Part shown: positions 57,301 through 64,000 of the stretch, in pieces | How positions within the stretch are numbered: position 1 is the stretch's first letter | Layout of the letters: every line of letters begins with the position of its first letter | From: Bilabrum cf. latius | Taxonomy: Eukaryota | Assembly (NCBI GenBank): GCA_965178125.1 | Contig: OZ237771.1 | Span: 1 to 64,000, forward strand | Direction: 5' to 3' | Length of the DNA: 64,000 nucleotides | Position numbers and translations under genes: made by a program | The notes under the pieces: model-generated | Database searches by the model: none | What the model was told of the DNA's origin: nothing | The model's input: only the letters and a program-made list of their open reading frames with translations

Positions 57301-60300
57301 CCAAGGCACCAGGAGGTTTCTGGGCGCTTTGTTCGGCGGCATCCTCCCCAGCTGGCTCGCTCGATCCCGTGTCTTGGATATCCAGCCCGTCTCGTTCATA
57401 TAGCCCGCTGCCCCCTGCCGCCACCCAGGCCTCGTGCACCAGCCCCGCAAACCTCGAGGTGCTGCCATCCATCTCAATGGGCGCGGTGTGCTGTGGTAGC
57501 ACCACCCGTCTGCACGAGGGACACGCGCTCCTGCCCCTGTGCTTGAGAGCGTGCAGCAAGCAGGCCTGGCAAAACACGTGGGCGCAGGGCGTGATCACCG
57601 GCATGTCGGGGGGCTCCATGCAGATGGGGCACTCGATCGCGTCCAGGCCCTGCTGCTCCAGTGTGACGAGTGAGTCCCACGCGTACGAGGGCAGCTCTGC
57701 CTGCGCCAGGGATCGTAAAGAGGCGCGTGACTCGTCCCGGCTGGCGGCCGCTCCACCAGCGTCACTCGATGATTTGGCAGAGTCCGCTGCAGGGCGCGGA
57801 GGTGAAACGACACCCGCTTCGCCTTTCTTTTGTGCCCGCTGGACCATGATTCGGAGGGCGGCTTGCTGCGCGCTCTCTGATGAATGCATGATGCCGTTGG
57901 CCACAAGGACCCGTTTGAGCAGCTGCTGCATCTGAGCGGGGGGGATCTTCCTCTTGGCGTCTTTCGGAGACTTTCCACCAGCTGCCTGTGTGAGTGCAAG
58001 TGCACCTGCGGATGACGACGACGATGACGGTGCTGCCTCACTGCTATCACCGCCACTTGCATCGGCACCATTGCTTGCAGCGCCAGTCCTGCTGCTGCCC
58101 GCTACCTGTTTCCCCCCAGGGGCCCTCTGCTCCTGCAAAGCGAGGAAAGGATGGTCGCACGCCTGTCGCATCCTAAGCAGTAAGATCAAAATCTCCAAGT
58201 ATCTTTTGTTGAGCGCACCCCCCGCCACGATTCCTTCGAACGTCTGCACTGACCTGCTCTTCAGTTGCTGGTAGAACCTCTGCTCCACCCCGCTCATGCG
58301 GCAGACCGTGGTGATGTTGCGCCTGGGCTGCATGGCCACGATCGGCCTCCCGTCCACGTCCCTCATATCCTTGGTACGCCGCAGCAGGATGGGCCCCAGC
58401 ACCCTCCGGACCGTCGCAATGGACCCGGGGTCCCCCCTTGCGAATGGCTCCGAGACCACGGCCTTCCACCACGACGCGTCGCTCCAGGGCTCGTGGCACA
58501 GGTACTGCAGCAGCGCGTGCACGTCGTCCAGCGTGTTCTAGATCGGAGTTCCCGTGAGGCACCAGCGAAACACGGACCGCACGGCCATGCACGCCTTTGC
58601 ACTGAGTGTTAATCGATTCCGGATGACGTGACCCTCGTCCAGCACCACCCGCCGCCAGCGAACGCCCAGCAGCGCAGCCCCACTCGGGCAGTCGAGGTCT
58701 ACTCCACATGAGTCAGAGCCGGGCCACCGAACGTTCTTCAGCTCTTCCTCCTCCATGCCAGCGCCTGCACCCGAGCTAGAGACACCCGCCCCACCAGACC
58801 CCTTGCCACCATCCTGCAGCCGACCCTCGAGCCAGTCCAGCTGTCGGAGGAACCGTTCCTGATCCGCCTCCCATCGGCTGAACGTACCAGCCCCACCTTT
58901 GGCCACCTTGTTACCACCTTTGGCTCGCCCCCTCCTGACGCTCCTTGAAACAGCGCTGACCTCCGCTCTCTAGGCCACCAGGAACTCTGACACGAGGGTG
59001 CCGTAGGTGGTCACCACCACGTCCACCTGCGGAAGAGTACCTTGAGAGCTTGACTCGCCACCAGCATGACCCGCGGCACTTTGAGCACCTGTCTTCCTTG
59101 ACATGCTGCCTCCCAACACGGCCCCGCCCTCTCGCAGCACGAGTGCCTGCGGCGTGGAGGCCCGCTTGGTGCCGTAGTGCAGCTTCACTCGGAGGAAGCC
59201 CGGGCTGCTGAATCGCTCCATCTCGTCCTTCCACTGCTGCAGCAGAGAGAGGGGAACCACCACGAGAGTGGCGGTCGATGCGTGAAGCGGACTGACCGTG
59301 GGTGTAAATTCACCGGTGGACTTGACGGGCATCGGCGCGTGGATCCGTTCGCCCTGCTGGGCCCGCCTCTCCTTGTCTGCAACTACCAGGCTCAGGATCT
59401 GGATCGTCTTGCCTAGCCCCATCGCATCGCACAGCAGTCCACCCCTGCACTCTCTCGCTCTGTCTGGAGGGTACCGACTCACCCGACGGAGATAAGGGGA
59501 CACGTACAGTGGCTGCGGCTTGAGGGACAGACCGGTGCAGCTGGTGCTGGTACTACTGGAGCTGCTGGTGCTGCTGGTACTGCTCGTCTTCTCCCCTGCG
59601 CCCACTGCGGCTGCCTCTAGTAGCACACATCTTGGCCCAGTCTCGGCACCTGCACCTGCACCATGCCCATGTATCTCCCACAGCTGGTTGTAGCCGCACT
59701 GTGTGGCACCGGGCGGCAGCACCAGCCCCGTGGAGTCCCCGCTATCGTTCTCCATGCCAGATCCTGATGCACCAGACTGCTTCATACCACCTCTGGCGTC
59801 GTCATCTTCCTCCTATTCATCATCATCCTACATAGCAGCCGCACCGGACCCACCGGTGTATCGGTCGCTCACTCCCTTCGTACGCCTCAAGTGACCCCCA
59901 CTTCCGCTCCCCCCTTCTTCCTCCCCAACTGACACAGCCTCTCTTCTCAGCATCCACCCGAGGCCTTGCGCCTGGTATGGCCTAAGTGAAAGGCCTTGCA
60001 CGTGCCTGGGCTGGGGCTCCTGCGGCAGGGCATTCTGCGCCAGCTGCAGGTCGTCCAGCCCCTTGACCTGCTCCTTGCTCTTGCTTGACACCCCGGTTGC
60101 GATGCTGAACTCGGACCCGGCACCGCCCTGGCTTGCCTGCGCTTTGTCTGCACCCATACCATCCATGCCATCCTATTCCTATTCCTCGTTTTGTGCCCGT
60201 TGGGCCTCCGCATCCGCCGCAGCTTCCGCATCCATGGCTTTGGCCTTGAGTTCAGCATCACCTGCTGCATCCCCACTGCTGTCATCGCCACCCTTCTTCT

Positions 60301-62401
60301 TGCTGTTCCTTGCCAGGATGCCGAAGGAGCCCCTGCTCTTCTTCCCCTGGCCACCACTAGATTGGGCATCGCCATCGCCGATGCCTCCCACTGTGTCATC
60401 CGATTTCGGCTCCGGAGGCATCCGACCGTGCAGCCCTGCATAAATCGAGGCAAATACATCGTCCGCCAGTCCAGTCGCTGCGAGCTGAAGCACCTGCTGT
60501 CTGGCTGCTGTCACTGGTGACCCGTGCGATACAGCAGAACCAGCACCGCCTGCGGATGGTGCAGCAGCATTGGATCTATCGACCCCGCCGCCCCCTTTGC
60601 TCTTTGAACATTGGCCCATCCCAGCCCGATTGATCTCCGCGCTGAGTAGATCGTCCGACAGCCGGGAGGTGGCAGCTGCCAGCGCACTTGCCAGTGCACT
60701 CTGCTCCTGGAGCTTGCCCAGCGCACTGGCCTGCAGGAGAGGGAAAGCCTCGGGTGCCAACACCAGCCAGCAGCGTGCCTCTATCCTGCCCTAGAGACGA
60801 GGCACACGCGCCGGCACGTGCTCCACGCGCCCAACCAGACCAAGCAGCCCCACCGCCAGGCCCTCCCCCAGCACCGCCTCCATAGCTCCGGGCAGAACCC
60901 CCATCCTAGAGCCGTGCCTATCTCCCCAGTAGATCTTCACAGGCCCCTTGACCGCTGTGGCGCTCCCTCTCACCCCCTTCGCCCTGCTCTTGCTCTTGCT
61001 CCGTGACCTGCCCCCCCCACCCAGTTTCCCCCTGCCTCTGCCCCTCCCTCTTCCCCTGCCTGTCATCGAGGAGGACGCCCCGCCCTTGCTGTTCCCCAGG
61101 ACAGTCTCCGCCGCGGATGGAGCGCCGGCAGGGCGACCGGAAGTGCGCGGTGCCTCGAGGTTCCGCCGCGCGTACAGCCACGCCAGGTTGCGACCTTCCA
61201 TGGGACCGCAACGGACAGCTTTCATCGCGCCTTGAGGCGCCGCTTTGAACCCGCCCAGTGTCCCCGTCACCACCCTTCGCAATGCGCCGCGGCCCCTCTT
61301 TGCTGCCCCCATTCCACCGAGAGACAGGCTGCCAGTGCCCGACCCCGCCCCTTGTGATTCTGCGTCTTCCGGCCGGATGCAGCCCCAGGGAACAGTGCTG
61401 GGGGGCAATCGCTGGGGCCCAGTCAATTCACTGGTGGATTCGCCAGACGCAAGGTTGTCATCGTCACCATCATCGTCACCAATGACGGGTCCCGCCGCTG
61501 TCGATGCCCTTCCTCCGCCCTCGGTCCAGAACGCAAGGGCCTGCCCCCGTCTCAACGGACATATATCGCCCCTCCACGCGCAGTACTTATTCAACAGGTC
61601 GAGCACAAAGGGCCCTACCAGGCCACTGCCCGGTCGCGGGCTGCCGGGCGCACTGCACTGCAGCACGGCCGCGGGCGGGGCAGAGTGTTCCAGCGGCCTC
61701 CCCACCAGCACCGCCTCGGCGCTGGCCGCCTTGGCGTCTTCCAGGGCCTGTCCACTCGTCACACCAGGAGAAGGTGCAGGTGGTGGTGCTAATGAGCCGC
61801 TGGTGGGCACCACATCCTGTCCCGCACCTGCTGCTGCTGCTGCTGCTGCACCCGCCCCACTGGCAGTGCCCGAGGGCTGCGTGAACGCCCTCATCATGCC
61901 CCTCTACCGCTCGACCGCTCGTTTCCTGCGCTCCCACTTTGCTTGCCACATTAGTGCTGCCTACTGATTTGCAGCGGCTTGTAGCTATGCCTACCTTGCG
62001 ATTGCGTCTGCGTCAGGGGCAACAGGCGGTGTGAGCGGGGCACCATTCGACGCTGTCACGGTGGTGGGCGGCAGCACTGGCAGAGGCTGGGGTTGAGGCT
62101 GCCTGCTTGCCTGAATCAATGGATGGCTTATATCGCGACTAGCCTGCTGCCCAGAGCCGCCAGTCAGCTCTGCTGCTTGTGATTCCTCTGCTGCTTGTGC
62201 GTCCGCAATAGCCGCGGCAATGGATGGGCCTGCTGCCTCATCCTTCGCAACTAACTGGAATCCACGCTCTAGAAGTATCCCACATGCTGCATCCAAGTTC
62301 TTTCCCCCGCGAATTATCGCCAGCCGAATGTCCTGCTGGGACACGTGCTCGCCAAACAAAGACGCCAGTCGATTCGAAAGTCGAGCCATCGTTGACGCCA
62401 T
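54392..62401 (-). CDS. RAD5: RAD5/HLTF-like SNF2 helicase with RING finger (~2,669 aa, apparently single exon); 15 in-frame TAG
   Basis: Eleven track ORFs in one frame, separated only by TAG. GGLLCDAMGLGKT, VVLDEGH, LTGTPI[TAG]N, RING CPIC..CAH.FC..C..CPSC, VAFSQF, AGGVGLN, EEQAVNRIHRLGQ. UBA/CUE-like N-terminus. Ends in TGA 54392. Confidence 0.88.
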
Positions 62402-62613
62402 AGTAAGCGTCAGATGGAGCTAGTATCGCTCAGCCAGAGGTAGACACTATATTGGATGTCTTGTAAATGCTTGATTTGATTCAATACCGCCAAGTATCTC
62501 GTGGATATTTGTACTGGCACTTGCTCTTGCGACCGAGCAAGATTCATCTCACTGTGGTGCACGTGCGCCCACCAACCTACATGGCATCTCCATTGCATAG
62601 AAGCCTTGAGCAA

Positions 62614-64000
62614 TCATTTCTCCCTTCCAGACGGCAGCTACATCCGAACACCGCTTGCTGCGGATGGTGGCGGACTGGTGCCGGCGACCACCGCACCTTT
62701 GCTCCCGGGATCGATCCCCACTGGCCTCGGGCTCCACCCCTTGACCTCGCCCTCCCTCGCGGTCCTCTGCCGACCGCTGGCGATCCCACCCGTCACTCCA
62801 ATCACCGCAGCCTTGTCCCCCTGCAGCCCCCCCTCCTGCAGCCCGGCTCCGCTGGCAATGGGAGGCACACGCACACGCTGTCCAGCCACGACCCCCGCGG
62901 CCGCCAGCTCCTCTTGCACGGCCCCCTATTGAATGAAGGCCTAGTCCGTGCGCACCCTATTTGATTTCGAGTCCCTTTGCTCCGCTGCCGGCCTCCATCC
63001 GCCCCTGCCACCTCCAGCAGCGGGCATCGCGGATCGAGGCCTCTGCCGCCGGACTCCCCTACTGCTGCTGCTTCGGCTGCTGTTGTCCGCGCTGCTGATC
63101 GCTTGGCCTACTTGCTTCCTCGATTGCATTGGTTTCTGGGCATACCGGCTCCCAGTCTTGCTCGTCCCACCATCACCCGTCCCCTGTCCCTCCAGTCTTG
63201 CCACAATCGAGGGCTCGGAGAGGGCATCGAGCCCGGCGGGCAGCAAAGGCTGCTTTTGTTCTGAGCGTCGGTGTGACGAGCCATCAATGCCAGAAACCAG
63301 CCCCGCCCCTCCTTCCCTATCCTGCTTCATCTTCATTCTGTCCCTCAGTGTCGCCCTCTCCTTCAGCCCCGGCCTGGGCGGACCGCTGAATGTCCCTCCC
63401 CCCTCGGTGGCTAGCCCCCCCTACAGCAGGTCCTTGCGCGCGGCGACAGCCCGGTTCCGCACGAGGCGGTGCATGGACGCAGTGAGCGGTCGTCGCCGCC
63501 TCTGGTTTGAATTCCGAGTCCCTTTCTGTTCCCCATGACTCGCGCTGCCGCTGCCCTGCCCTCCCTCGCCCAGCGGAGGCAGAGCGCCCGGCACAGCGGC
63601 GCCCCCTCTGCCAGAGAACAAGCCGCCCGATGCACTGTGACCGTGCTTACGCGGCATGGCGCTGTGGGGGCGCGTTCTGAGACCATGCCTATCCGTGGAG
63701 GCCAGCCGGGCTGGGGCCCCTGCTACTGCCCCTGCTCCCGCTCCCGCTCCGCCGCTGCTGGACAGGCCGTATCGCTGGTGATACCCATGCCCTGCCCCAC
63801 CGTGCAACTCACTCGTCGCACCAGTACTCTTCCGCGACCGTGGCATGGCAGAAGCTGGTCGATTCCGCGTTGCGCTACCGTGCAGTGCAGTTGCACTTCT
63901 CGACTGTGCCCTGTCCGACCCCACTCGTAGGCCAACTGCGGCCCTGCCTGCACCACCGTGCGATGCACCCGCACCCCACCCAAAGTGCGCACCACTCGCT
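62614..64000 (-). CDS. 3' part of a hypothetical low-complexity protein (runs off the window); 4 in-frame TAG
   Basis: ORFs 63421-63924, 62941-63336 and 62638-62919 share one frame, which is open to the window edge and ends in TGA at 62614. Confidence 0.6.

Noticed and set aside
2848-64000. Treating the TAG-interrupted genes as pseudogenes or as separate small ORFs
   Set aside because: The interruptions are exclusively TAG, with no accompanying frameshifts, TAA or TGA, and they affect conserved housekeeping genes with intact catalytic motifs.
1-64000. tRNA (including a tRNA-Gln CUA), rRNA or snRNA genes
   Set aside because: None recognised by eye in this window. A tRNAscan-SE/Infernal run would be needed to exclude them.

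Overview
This is the left end of a GC-rich eukaryotic chromosome. About 1 kb of (CCCTAA)n telomere is followed by a short subtelomere, two genes, a ~17 kb nest of mobile elements (9-26 kb) and then a compact run of intron-poor genes. The main result is a non-standard nuclear genetic code. Nearly every 'stop' splitting the ORF track is an in-frame TAG (roughly 90 by hand count). Reading TAG as Gln joins the fragments into complete proteins: a RAD5-like SNF2/RING helicase (TGTPI[TAG]N), DNAJC3, CWF19L2, ArfGAP, a tandem p25alpha protein, an ankyrin-PH-IQ-WW protein, a PINK1-like kinase, a ~3,240-aa TSP1 membrane protein, a secreted tail-collar protein, a Crinkler-like NTPase-nuclease and a retrotransposon RT ORF. 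These ORFs end in TGA, or in one case TAA, and I found no in-frame TAA in any intact gene. UAG therefore appears reassigned independently of UAA. The mobile-element nest contains CRE-like RT/RLE non-LTR retrotransposons with identifiable target-site duplications (TSDs), repeated insertion at one 10-bp target, and two non-autonomous hAT elements nested in the retrotransposon array. The host is probably a flagellated protist, possibly a stramenopile (inference only). All assignments are by eye; no database searches were run.
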